Source of the DNA: Corallococcus sp. 4LFB | GTDB lineage: Bacteria; Myxococcota; Myxococcia; Myxococcales; Myxococcaceae | Assembly (NCBI RefSeq): GCF_046520365.1 | Contig: NZ_JBKGHJ010000051.1 | Span: forward strand, 1-26,875 | DNA: 26,875 bases | Direction: 5' to 3' | Shown: positions 1 to 8,345 of the stretch, in pieces | Layout of the letters: every line of letters begins with the position of its first letter | How positions within the stretch are numbered: the first letter of the stretch is position 1 | Program-made: the position numbers and the translations under genes | Notes under the pieces: model-generated | Database searches by the model: none | What the model was told of the DNA's origin: nothing | What the model saw: only the letters and a program-made list of their open reading frames with translations

Positions 1-10
1 CGGCCTGGCG

Positions 11-856
11 GTGGCGCTCCGGGCGCTGGGCGTGGCGGTGATGCTGCTGGGGTGCCTTGGCGTGCAGGGCTGGGTGCGGACGTTCCAGCCCTCCAACACG
101 CGCGACTGGGCGCCGGACCTGGCGCGGGCGCCGTGGGCGGAGGTGGCGGGTTCGAAGGTGACGCTGCACGAGGTGCGCGACTTCCGCTACCGCAGCACCA
201 CGGACTGGGACCCCGCCTGGTACACGGCCACCTACGACACGGACGCGCTCACGGAGGCGTCGTTCATCGTGGAGCCCTTCTCCGGTTTCTACGGCGCCGC
301 GCACACGATGGTGAGCTTCGGCTTCCAGGACGGCCGCCGCGTGGTGTTCTCCGTGGAGGTGCGGCGGGAGCAGGGCGAGACGTTCTCCGCGCTGGGCGGG
401 CTGTTCCGCCGCTTCGAAATCGCCTACGTCGTGGGCGACGAGCGGGACCTGGTGCAGCTGCGGTCCAACTTCCGCCACGACGTCGTGTATGTGTATCCGG
501 TGAACGCGTCCCGGGAGCGCATCACCGCGTTCTTCCTGGACATGGTGCGGCGGATGAACGGGCTGCACACGCAGCCGGAGTTCTACGACACGCTCACCAG
601 CAACTGCACCACCAACCTGGTGCGCCACTTCGAGAAGGTGGCCACGAAGGACGTGCCGTACGACCACCGCACGCTGATGCCGGCGTTCGCGGACGAGCTC
701 GCCTACGAGCTGGGCATCATCGACACGGACGTGCCGCTGCCGCAGGTCCGCCAGCGCTACCACATCAACGCGCGCGCCCTGGCCGCGCAGGGGCGGGACG
801 ACTTCTCCGCCCGCATCCGCGCGCCGCTCCAGACCGCCACCGCGCCCGCGCCCTGA
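11..856 (+). CDS. DUF4105 (Lnb N-terminal periplasmic domain-like) protein. It starts at a GTG at 11, and the frame stays open to the window edge, so the N-terminus may be truncated.
   Basis: 281-aa ORF with an N-terminal hydrophobic signal/TM segment (MALRALGVAVMLLGCLG). Its composition and motifs are typical of DUF4105 proteins (…FSVEVRREQGETFSALGGLFRRFEIAYVVGDERDLV…). The codon bias is GC3-rich, as in the rest of the window. Confidence 0.55.
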   Translation: MALRALGVAVMLLGCLGVQGWVRTFQPSNTRDWAPDLARAPWAEVAGSKVTLHEVRDFRYRSTTDWDPAWYTATYDTDALTEASFIVEPFSGFYGAAHTMVSFGFQDGRRVVFSVEVRREQGETFSALGGLFRRFEIAYVVGDERDLVQLRSNFRHDVVYVYPVNASRERITAFFLDMVRRMNGLHTQPEFYDTLTSNCTTNLVRHFEKVATKDVPYDHRTLMPAFADELAYELGIIDTDVPLPQVRQRYHINARALAAQGRDDFSARIRAPLQTATAPAP

Positions 857-875
857 GGTCTGGCGCCGGCCGGCC

Positions 876-1619
876 TCAGCTTCCCGTGGGGGCCGGGCCG
901 CCGCGCAGGTGCTTGTCGTAGTGCCCCTCCAGCGCGGTGAAGTAGCCGCGCTCCTCCCACAGCTCCTGGAGGAGGCGGTCCGTGAGGGACCTCACCTCCG
1001 CGCTCTCGCCCTTCGGGTCGGGCACCCGGGCGCCGCCGCGCTTCGGATCCATGAAGGCGCGGGTGGCCTCGGCCATCAGCACGTGGCTGCTCCGGAAGAG
1101 GCGGCGCAGGGCCTGGTTGATGGGGCGGGCGTCCATCTCCGCGCAGGCGGCGACGATGGCGGCCTGCACCTTCCGGGGGGCGTCCCCCTGGAGCGAGGCC
1201 GCGTCCAGGTCTCCGCGCTGGAGCGCGTGGTGCAGCAGGTAGCCGTGGTGCAGGCACGCGCTCGTCAGGTCCACGCAGTCCTTCACCCAGAGGACGAAGA
1301 AGACCTTGCGGAACACCTTGCGCACCGGGAAGAGGGCCACGGCCTTGAGATAGGACACCAGCCGTCCGCCCAGGCCGCGCGCGTCGTCCGAGCCGGCGAG
1401 CACCGCCACGGCCTTGTCCGGCGCCTTCAGGCCCTTCTCCTTGAGCTGGTCGCGCACGGCCTGCTCGCGCACCTGGCGCAGGGCGTAGTCGTCCAGGAAG
1501 GGCACGGGGATGAGCGGGGTGAGCCCGGCCGCCACGGCGTGGAAGGCCACGCGGGCGAGCGAGGGCGGCACGGCGCCGGGCGGTGGAGCGGTGTTGGAAT
1601 CAGCCATGGCGTGTTTCAT
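876..1619 (-). CDS. Hypothetical protein of about 247 aa. Alternative starts are at 1608 and 1667.
   Basis: The lower half of the 876..2300 minus ORF has protein-like composition (MKHAMADSNTAPPPG…EERGYFTALEGHYDKHLRGG). GGAAG sits 6–7 nt upstream of the ATG at 1619. The upper part of that long ORF overlaps the well-supported YdeI gene and is a shadow ORF. Confidence 0.4.
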   Translation of the reverse strand: MKHAMADSNTAPPPGAVPPSLARVAFHAVAAGLTPLIPVPFLDDYALRQVREQAVRDQLKEKGLKAPDKAVAVLAGSDDARGLGGRLVSYLKAVALFPVRKVFRKVFFVLWVKDCVDLTSACLHHGYLLHHALQRGDLDAASLQGDAPRKVQAAIVAACAEMDARPINQALRRLFRSSHVLMAEATRAFMDPKRGGARVPDPKGESAEVRSLTDRLLQELWEERGYFTALEGHYDKHLRGGPAPTGS

Positions 1620-1712
1620 AACCGCTTCCGCGCCCGCCGCCTTCCGCCGGTAGAGTGGGATTGTCATGAACCCGTCGCGCGAGCGCGGGACAGGGAAAGG
1701 CGTGGCCCCCGG

Positions 1713-2306
1713 ATGAAGGCGAAGGCGAAGGTGAAGCAGGAGCTCCCGGTCGTGCCATTCGCGTCGGAGAAGGCGTGGGAGCAGTGGCTGGAGAAGCATC
1801 ACGCCGACGCGCCGGGCGTCTGGGTGAAGCTCGCGAAGCTGGAGTCCGGCATCCCGTCCGTGACGTATGCCCAGGCGCTGGAGGTGGCGCTCTGCTACGG
1901 CTGGATTGACGGGCAGAAGGGCGCGCTCGACGCGGAGTACTGGCTCCAGCGCTTCACGCCGCGCGGCCCGCGCAGCAAGTGGTCCAAGATCAACCGCGGC
2001 AAGGTGGAGGCCCTGGTCGCCGCCGGACGCATGAAGGCCGCGGGCCTGCGCGAGGTGGAGGCGGCCCGCGCGGATGGCCGCTGGGAGGCCGCGTACGCGG
2101 GGGCGAAGACCATCGAGGTGCCGGCGGACCTGACGCTCGCGCTGGAGAAGCGCCCGAAGGCGCAGGCGTTCTTCGCCACGCTCAAGAGCGCCAACCGCTA
2201 CGCCATCCTCTACCGGCTCCACGAGGCGAAGAAGCCGGAGACGCGGGCGCGGCGGCTGGAGAAGTTCGTCGCCATGCTGGAGGCCGGGGAGACGCTCCAC
2301 GGCTGA
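1713..2306 (+). CDS. YdeI/OmpD-associated family protein (DUF1801-like).
   Basis: 197 aa, MKAKAKVKQELPVVPFASEKAWEQWLEKHHADAPGVWVKLAKL…RYAILYRLHEAKKPETRARRLEKFVAMLEAG. The Lys-rich N-terminus and C-terminal motif are characteristic of the YdeI family. The 909..1712 upstream extension of the same frame is Arg/Gly junk. Confidence 0.7.
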   Translation: MKAKAKVKQELPVVPFASEKAWEQWLEKHHADAPGVWVKLAKLESGIPSVTYAQALEVALCYGWIDGQKGALDAEYWLQRFTPRGPRSKWSKINRGKVEALVAAGRMKAAGLREVEAARADGRWEAAYAGAKTIEVPADLTLALEKRPKAQAFFATLKSANRYAILYRLHEAKKPETRARRLEKFVAMLEAGETLHG

Positions 2307-2307
2307 G

Positions 2308-2326
2308 GCCGCGGGAGGCTCCGCGG
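2308..2326. terminator. Short GC-rich palindrome (CCGCGGGAGGCTCCGCGG) between convergent genes. It may act as a weak bidirectional terminator.
   Basis: A 6–7 bp stem with a 6-nt loop lies exactly between the YdeI stop at 2306 and the stop of the cNMP-binding gene at 2328. There is no U-tract. Confidence 0.2.
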
Positions 2327-2327
2327 A

Positions 2328-3221
2328 CTACTTCGGCTCGCCCATGACCTCCATCGTGTGCTTGAGCCGCTCCAGGCCCAGCCGCACCAGGGCGCCGCGC
2401 AGGTCGGGCTGGCCCAGGAAGGCCTTCTTGAACACGTCGCGCTCCAGCTTGAGGAGCGTGCAGGGCGTCACGGTGCGTACGGTGGCGGTGGCCAGCCGGC
2501 TGCGCAAGAGGGAGATCTCCCCGAACAGGGCGCCTTCCTCCAGCGTGGGGTAGGGGGACTGGCGGCCGTCGCCGTGCGTGTGGAAGACCTCGCACTGGCC
2601 CCGGATGAGGACGTAGAGCGCGTCGCCCGGCTGGCCCCGGGTGAGCAGCGTCTCTCCGGCGGGGACGGTGCAGGGGACGAAGGCGTCACCCAGCTCGTGC
2701 TGCACCTCCGGGGGCAGGGCGGCGATGAGCGGGTTGCTGCGCAGCGCGTCCGCGAGCAGGCGCTCCCGGGCGGTGACCTGCATCTGCTCGCCCTTGACGC
2801 CGTAGTCCTTGCCCAGCTCCCGGACGCCCGCCTGGGTGAGCTCCAGCAGCACGGCGTCCTCCACCGTCACGATGGTGGCGGTGCGCTGCGTGCCGGTGAG
2901 CAGCGCCAGCTCGCCGAAGAACTCGCCGGCGCCCAGGCGGCCGACCTCCGTGTTGGCGCCGTTGTCGCCGCCGCGCAGCACCGCGACGCGGCCCTCCAGC
3001 ACGACGAACATCGAATGGCCCGGGTCGCCCTCGCGCACGACGATCTGTCCCGCGGGCAGGTAGCGCGTGCACACAGGAGGCGGCGTGGCGGCGCCTTCCG
3101 CATCCGTCGGAGCGCCTGCCGCCGTGGGCGCGGCGGAGGTCGCGGGCGTCTGTCCGGCGGAGGCGGCCGGGGCGGACGGGTGGGCGGACAGCAGGGCCTG
3201 CAGGCGCGCGAACAGGGACAT
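2328..3221 (-). CDS. Protein with two tandem cyclic-nucleotide-binding (CAP effector) domains. A TTG alternative start is at 3230.
   Basis: Two repeats of the cNMP-binding signature appear (…GEFFGELALLTG.QRTATIVTVEDAVLLEL… and …GALFGEISLLRSRLATATVRTVTPCTLLKLER…). The N-terminus is Ala/Pro-rich and low-complexity. There is no DNA-binding HTH. Confidence 0.7.
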   Translation of the reverse strand: MSLFARLQALLSAHPSAPAASAGQTPATSAAPTAAGAPTDAEGAATPPPVCTRYLPAGQIVVREGDPGHSMFVVLEGRVAVLRGGDNGANTEVGRLGAGEFFGELALLTGTQRTATIVTVEDAVLLELTQAGVRELGKDYGVKGEQMQVTARERLLADALRSNPLIAALPPEVQHELGDAFVPCTVPAGETLLTRGQPGDALYVLIRGQCEVFHTHGDGRQSPYPTLEEGALFGEISLLRSRLATATVRTVTPCTLLKLERDVFKKAFLGQPDLRGALVRLGLERLKHTMEVMGEPK

Positions 3222-3433
3222 GGTGCCCAAATGCTACCGGGGCGCCCGGCCGGAACTGTGAAGCGCTTCACAGGCGGTGCGGAGGTGGCCTGAAAGACAG
3301 CCAGGCAGGCGCAAGAGCATCATTGAACAGGGATTGGCCGCTGCTGTCACGTCTGGGTTTTGCCCTCCTGACGCACGGCGACGGGCGCCGGGGATGGCGT
3401 GGGCGGACCGGGACGCCCTACAGTCCCCGGCCC

Positions 3434-4429
3434 ATGGGAGACACGCTGGACGTCGTGGTGGACCTGGGAGACGTGGGGGAGACGCCCGCGGATGCCGTGC
3501 TGCTGAAGTACGCGCAGGGCTTCCACGGGGCGGACGGCGCGGTGTCGCGCCGGCTGGAGGCGGCGGGCGTGGCCATGGACGCCTTCGACCTGCTCCCCGG
3601 GGACCACCGCTTCATCGACACGCGCAGGAGCCTGGGGGCTCCGCTGGTGCTCTTCCTGGGCACGGTGCGCCTGCGGCAGTTCGGCTACCACGAGATCCGC
3701 CAGTTCTCCGTGCGCGCGCTCCAGCTCCTGGAGCCCCGGCACGAGGTGCGTCACCTCGCGTGCACGGTGCACGGCCCCAACTACGGGTTGGACGAGGACG
3801 AGGCCGTGCTGGCCCTGGTGGGCGGCTTCGTGGACGCGTTCCAGCGCGGCAGCGGGCCGCGCGACCTCACGCGCATCACGGTGGTGGAGCTGAACCCCAA
3901 GCGCGTGGAGCGGCTGCGCAAGGCCATCGCGCTTGGGCTGGGGCTCACGCCGGGCGTGGAGCCGCTGATGGGGGCCACGGGCTTCCGCGTGCGGCGGACC
4001 TCCCGCTTCGTCCAGGCGCCGCCCATGGCGAGCGCGGGCGCGAACTCGAACGAGAAGCCCCACGCCTTCGTGGCGATGCCCTTCGCCCCGGAGCTGGAGG
4101 ACACCTACCACTACGGCATCCTGAACCCCGTGAAGGCAGCCGGCCTGCTGTGCGAGCGCGTGGACCAGGCCGTCTTCGATGGTCCCATCATCCAGCGCAT
4201 CCGGGACCGCATCGACACGGCGAAGGTCGTCATCGCGGACCTGTCATTGGCGAACCCCAATGTCTATCTGGAGGTGGGCTATGCCTGGGGACGCGGCAAG
4301 CCCACCCTGATGCTGGTGCGCGACGTGAAGGAGCTGCGCTTCGATGTCTCCAGCTACCGGTGCCTCGTCTACCGGAACATCCGGCACCTGGAGGAGCTGC
4401 TGACGCAGGAGCTGCAGCGCATCGCCTGA
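3434..4429 (+). CDS. Two-domain protein. The N-terminal half is Macro-like (ADP-ribose-binding) and the C-terminal half is nucleoside 2-deoxyribosyltransferase/DNPH1(Rcl)-like. An alternative TTG start at 3323 would add 37 aa.
   Basis: The N-terminus reads VVVDLGDVGETPADAVLLKYAQGFHGADGAVSRRLEAAG, which follows the macro-domain pattern GDIT…DAIVNAAN…GGGV.GAI..AAG. Further on, …TVHGPNYGLDEDEAVLALV… resembles the macro distal motif. The C-terminus reads AFVAMPF…AKVVIADLSLANPNVYLEVGYAWGRGKPTLMLV. This closely parallels DNPH1/Rcl (YFCGSIRGG… ADVVVAEVTQPSLGVGYELGRAVAFNKRILCLF). Confidence 0.55.
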   Translation: MGDTLDVVVDLGDVGETPADAVLLKYAQGFHGADGAVSRRLEAAGVAMDAFDLLPGDHRFIDTRRSLGAPLVLFLGTVRLRQFGYHEIRQFSVRALQLLEPRHEVRHLACTVHGPNYGLDEDEAVLALVGGFVDAFQRGSGPRDLTRITVVELNPKRVERLRKAIALGLGLTPGVEPLMGATGFRVRRTSRFVQAPPMASAGANSNEKPHAFVAMPFAPELEDTYHYGILNPVKAAGLLCERVDQAVFDGPIIQRIRDRIDTAKVVIADLSLANPNVYLEVGYAWGRGKPTLMLVRDVKELRFDVSSYRCLVYRNIRHLEELLTQELQRIA

Positions 4430-4438
4430 AGCCTGGGC

Positions 4439-5533
4439 TCACCAGCCGCGCGCGGCGACCTCCCACGTCGCCACGTGCGTGTCGCCGCGCACGACATGCA
4501 GCCGGGGATGCTGCGGGACGGAAACACAGACATGGTTGGGGACCACGCGCACCCGCTCGCCGATGCGGGGGCGCCACGCCGTGCCGGACACGTCCAGCAG
4601 GCCGTGCTCTTCCGACAGGTTCTTCACCACGACCTCCGGCCGGTCCAGCAGGGCGCCATAGCCCGGCGCGAGCCCTTCCTCCTTCACCAGCGTCTTGGAG
4701 CCCGCGTCGATGACCACCTGGCCGGGCACGGCCGTGCTCACCACCGTGGCCAGGACCGAATAGGCACACTCCGTCCAATCACAGGCGCCGATGACGGCCG
4801 CGTTGCGGTCGTTGAGCACGTTGAGGCCGGGACGGATCTCCGTGAGGCCCTTCACGGTATGGGATTGCCAGAGCGTCGGGGTGGAGCCGCCGCTGACCAC
4901 CTCCGGCGGCAGGCCCGCGTGGCTCAAGGCGCCCACGAACGTCGCCAGCGCTTCGGACTGGGCCTGCATCGCGGCGGACAGCTCCGCCTGGGGAACGCGG
5001 ATGTGGCCCGCGTAGAACGTCACCCCGCGAAACGCCACACCGGCCGTGGACGCCGCCGCGCGCGCCAGCGCCACCGTCTCCTCCGGTGTGCGCAGCCCCA
5101 CGCGGCGCATGCCCAGGTCCACCTCCACGAGCACGCCCACGGTGCGCCCCGCGTCCCGGGCCGCTCGCGCCAGCCCCTCCAGCACCTCATGCGAGTCGAG
5201 CGCCACGGTGAGCCGCACGCGCGAGGGCAGGGCCATCAACCGCGCCAGCTTGTGCGCGCCCACCGGCGGGTACGCGAGCAGCACGTCATCGGACACGGCG
5301 GCCATGACCTCGGCTTCCAGGACGGTGGCCACCGTGACGCCGGAGGCTCCCGCCGCGACCTGCATCGCGCCCAGCTCCGCCGTCTTGTGCGTCTTCGTAT
5401 GGGGCCGCCAGCGCAGGCCGTGCTCGCGGGCGTAGGTCGCGACGCGCTGGAGGTTCCGCTCGACGCGGTCCAGGTCCACGATGGCGGCCGGCGTGTCGAG
5501 CGTATCGAGGAAGGTCGAGGACATGCGGCGCAT
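4439..5533 (-). CDS. PLP-dependent enzyme with an alanine racemase N-terminal domain (D-serine dehydratase-like / D-threonine aldolase, DSD1 family).
   Basis: 364 aa. It has the PHTKTHK PLP-lysine motif, a TIM-barrel-like N-terminus and a C-terminal β-domain (…RVVPNHVCVSV…), typical of the DSD1/YGL196W family. Confidence 0.7.
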   Translation of the reverse strand: MRRMSSTFLDTLDTPAAIVDLDRVERNLQRVATYAREHGLRWRPHTKTHKTAELGAMQVAAGASGVTVATVLEAEVMAAVSDDVLLAYPPVGAHKLARLMALPSRVRLTVALDSHEVLEGLARAARDAGRTVGVLVEVDLGMRRVGLRTPEETVALARAAASTAGVAFRGVTFYAGHIRVPQAELSAAMQAQSEALATFVGALSHAGLPPEVVSGGSTPTLWQSHTVKGLTEIRPGLNVLNDRNAAVIGACDWTECAYSVLATVVSTAVPGQVVIDAGSKTLVKEEGLAPGYGALLDRPEVVVKNLSEEHGLLDVSGTAWRPRIGERVRVVPNHVCVSVPQHPRLHVVRGDTHVATWEVAARGW

Positions 5534-5604
5534 GGTGGCACCGCGCTCCTCGACCCGTCACCGGAATCCCGCCAGGCGTGCGGCAGGCAACGCCATTACC
5601 ATCG

Positions 5605-6036
5605 CTACCGCGGCGGCGGCGCCGGCTCGAAGCTCACCGTGGGCCGCTGCCAGCTCCAGCCGCCGGACTTCAGGGCCTCCGTCGCCTGCGCATCCAGCAC
5701 GCGCAGCGCCGCGAGCACGTCCGCGGGAGGGCGGGGCGCTCCCGGCGCGCTCTCCACCTCGAAGCTCGGGGGGATGGTGCCGGCGTCCTGGCCGCCCATC
5801 ATCACGCGGATGCGGCAGTTCTGCGGCGACAGCTCCGTCTCCCCGGACCAGGACACGTCCTGGACGAAGAGGTCCACCGTCCCCGTGGCCTTCTGCCCTT
5901 GCAGCCGCGTCACCACCGCGTCCAGCGAACCCTTCGCGCGCGCGTTCCGCCTCTTTCCAAGACGGGTGAGCGTCCACCAGGCCAGGCCGCCCGCGACCAC
6001 GGGCGAAAGGATGAAGTAGGGGATGAGCGGGCTCAT
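5605..6036 (-). CDS. Small membrane-anchored protein with an N-terminal TM helix. Function unknown.
   Basis: MSPLIPYFILSPVVAGGLAWWTLTRLGKRRNARAK… The start is an ATG at 6036 (the longer ORF begins with GTG at 6054). The gene lies just downstream of an intrinsic terminator and upstream of the DSD1 gene on the same strand. Confidence 0.4.
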   Translation of the reverse strand: MSPLIPYFILSPVVAGGLAWWTLTRLGKRRNARAKGSLDAVVTRLQGQKATGTVDLFVQDVSWSGETELSPQNCRIRVMMGGQDAGTIPPSFEVESAPGAPRPPADVLAALRVLDAQATEALKSGGWSWQRPTVSFEPAPPPR

Positions 6037-6071
6037 GGGCCGGCAGGCTGCCACGAAATCCGGAAGAAGAA

Positions 6072-6110
6072 ACGCCCGTCTCCAAGCCCTGGGGCTCGGG
6101 AGACGGGCGT
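6072..6110 (-). terminator. Rho-independent terminator downstream of the prolyl oligopeptidase gene.
   Basis: A perfect 12-bp inverted repeat (ACGCCCGTCTCC…GGAGACGGGCGT) with a 15-nt loop. On the minus-strand RNA it is followed by UUCUUCUUCC, 14 nt after the stop at 6125. Confidence 0.55.
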
Positions 6111-6124
6111 GAAGAGAAGCAAGG

Positions 6125-8308
6125 CTACTTCGGCGCGGGCGCGGAGACCTTCTTCGTCGCGTTGGGCTTGTACGTCATGCCCAGCTCGTTGAAGACGAAG
6201 GAGTAGACGTCCACCTCCTCCTCGATGCGCGCGGACAGCGGCGTGCCCATGCCGTGGCCCGTCTCCGCGTTGGCGCGCAGCAGGATGGGCTTGGGGGACG
6301 CCGTCGCGGACTGCATCCGGGCCACCATCTTGCGCGAGTGGAACGGATCCACGCGCGGGTCATTGGCCCCGGACGTGAAGAGCACCGGCGGGTACTTCGT
6401 CCCGTCCTTCACCTGGTGCACCGGCGAGTAGTTGTACAGCGCCTTGAACTGCTCCGGGTCCTTCACCGAGCCGTACTCCGTCACGTTGAACTGGCCGTTG
6501 GGCGTCAGCTCCGTGCGCAGCATGTCGTAGATGCCCACGCGCGCCACCACCGCGCCGTACTGCTCCGGGTGCTGCGTCAGGGCCGCGCCCATCAGCAGGC
6601 CGCCGTTGCTGCCGCCCTGGATGGCCAGCTTCTTCGGCTTCGTGTACTTCTGGTCCACCAGCAGCTTCGCGCACGCGTAGAAGTCGTCGAACACGTTCTG
6701 CTTCTTCGTGAGCGAGCCGGCCTTGTGCCACTCCTCGCCGAACTCCGAACCGCCGCGCAGGTTCGCCACCGCGAACACGCCGCCCTGCTCCAGCCACATG
6801 CCGGTGACCGGGTTGTAGCCCGGGCTGATGGAGACGTTGAAGCCGCCGTAGCCCGTGAGCAGCGTGGGGTTGTTCCCGTTCAGCTTCGTGCCCTTCTTCT
6901 TCAGGATGGTGAGCGGCACCTTGGTGCCGTCCTTGGACGTGGCCTCCGTGCGCACCACCTCCACGTCGCTCATGTCGACGGGGGCCGTGCGCGCCAGCGC
7001 CGTCTTCGTGAGCTTGTTGTCCGCCGCCGAGTAGCGGAACCACGCGGCCGGCTGGGTGAAGCTGCCGTTGATGACGAGCAGGTCGTCCGCGCCCTGGCGC
7101 ACCAGGCCGCCCACCGACGACACCGGCAGCGTGGGCACCAGCCCCAGCGCCTTGCCCGTCAGGTCCACCATGCGCAGCTGCGACGGACCGCCCAGCTGCT
7201 CCAGCAGGTACAGCCGGCTCTTCGTCGGCACCACGGCCTGCACCGTCGCCTCGCCCTCCGGCACGATGACGGCGGCCTTGTCCAGCGTGGGCGTGGCCAG
7301 GGGCAGCCGAAGCACCTTGCCCTTCGGCGCGTCCTTGCGGCTGATCAGGTACGCCGCGCCGTCGCTGCCAAAGCGCGCGGACACCACCTTGTCCGCGTAC
7401 TTCGCCACCTGCGTCCAGGTGCCCTTGGGACCGTGCAGGAACAGGTCGTACTCGCCGCCGTCGCCGTTGGCCACGCGCGCGAAGGTGTACTGGCCGTCGT
7501 CGCTGGACTCCAGCTCCGTCATCGCGATGCGCGGGAAGTCCTTGCCCAGCGCGTACGAGTCCTTCTCCGTGGGCGTGCCCAGCGCGTGGAAGTACACCTG
7601 CTGGTAGACGTTGCGGTCCTCGGGCGGGCGCTCCTCGCCCCGCGGATGGCGCGTGTAGAAGAAGCCCGTGCCCTGCGCGTTCCACGCGAGGCTGCCGCCC
7701 GCCGTTCCGCTGTTGACGCGCGGCACCCGCTCGTTGGGCATCGCCTTCGCGGAGGCCACGTCCCACACGGACACGTCACCGCTCTCCGTGCCCGCCTTGG
7801 ACATGGAGACGGCGACCTTCTTGCCGTCGTGCGACAGCTGGAACCAGTCGATGGTCGTCTTGCCGGAGGTGTCCACGACCGTGGGGTCCACCAGCACGCG
7901 CTCCTTCGACGTGTCGTCCAGCGAGCCCACCACGATGAGCGTGGGCTGCTGCTTGGGCGGCTGGTACTTCAGCGCCAGCAGCGTGCCGCCCTGTTCGTCC
8001 AGGCCGCCGTAGCCGGGCGACTTCCAGGAGAGGATCTCCGTGATGCGCTGGCGCAGCGGCTCGCGGCCCGGGAGCCTGTCCAGGTACGCGCGCGTGTACG
8101 CGTTCTGCGAGTCCGTCCACTGCCGCACCTTCGGATCCGTCGCGGACTCCATCCACTGGTACGGGTCCGTCACGGTGGTGCCGTGGTAGGCGGTCTCCAC
8201 GGGCTGCTTCTGCGCGGCGGCGGGCTTCTTCGCGGGCGCCTTGCCGGCGGCCCCCACCACCAGCGGCAGCAGCAGCGCGGCGGTGGTCACTGCGATTCTG
8301 GACTTCAT
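6125..8308 (-). CDS. S9A-family prolyl oligopeptidase (prolyl endopeptidase), secreted.
   Basis: 727 aa with a signal peptide (MKSRIAVTTAALLLPLVVGAAG). It has an N-terminal β-propeller and a C-terminal α/β hydrolase domain carrying the GGSNGGLLMGA catalytic-serine motif. A GAGGTGA ribosome-binding site precedes the ATG. Confidence 0.8.
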   Translation of the reverse strand: MKSRIAVTTAALLLPLVVGAAGKAPAKKPAAAQKQPVETAYHGTTVTDPYQWMESATDPKVRQWTDSQNAYTRAYLDRLPGREPLRQRITEILSWKSPGYGGLDEQGGTLLALKYQPPKQQPTLIVVGSLDDTSKERVLVDPTVVDTSGKTTIDWFQLSHDGKKVAVSMSKAGTESGDVSVWDVASAKAMPNERVPRVNSGTAGGSLAWNAQGTGFFYTRHPRGEERPPEDRNVYQQVYFHALGTPTEKDSYALGKDFPRIAMTELESSDDGQYTFARVANGDGGEYDLFLHGPKGTWTQVAKYADKVVSARFGSDGAAYLISRKDAPKGKVLRLPLATPTLDKAAVIVPEGEATVQAVVPTKSRLYLLEQLGGPSQLRMVDLTGKALGLVPTLPVSSVGGLVRQGADDLLVINGSFTQPAAWFRYSAADNKLTKTALARTAPVDMSDVEVVRTEATSKDGTKVPLTILKKKGTKLNGNNPTLLTGYGGFNVSISPGYNPVTGMWLEQGGVFAVANLRGGSEFGEEWHKAGSLTKKQNVFDDFYACAKLLVDQKYTKPKKLAIQGGSNGGLLMGAALTQHPEQYGAVVARVGIYDMLRTELTPNGQFNVTEYGSVKDPEQFKALYNYSPVHQVKDGTKYPPVLFTSGANDPRVDPFHSRKMVARMQSATASPKPILLRANAETGHGMGTPLSARIEEEVDVYSFVFNELGMTYKPNATKKVSAPAPK

Positions 8309-8345
8309 GGTTCACCTCGCATGCGGGTGGTCCCCCGCGGGACGC

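Noticed and set aside
909-1712. The N-terminal two-thirds of the 465-aa plus-strand ORF 909..2306, and likewise the upper part (1620–2300) of the minus ORF 876..2300.
   Set aside because: The translation is Arg/Gly/Ala/His-rich junk (…GAAALRIHEGAGGLGHQHV…). It is antisense to a protein-like ORF, or upstream of the clear YdeI start at 1713. Both are shadow ORFs typical of 70% GC DNA.
4475-6019. 514-aa plus-strand ORF, with 4230..4778 (−) and 3347..4111 (−).
   Set aside because: They overlap the DSD1-family PLP enzyme and the small membrane protein on the opposite strand, or are antisense to the Macro/NDT-like gene. They have no motifs and a His/Arg/Gly-rich composition.
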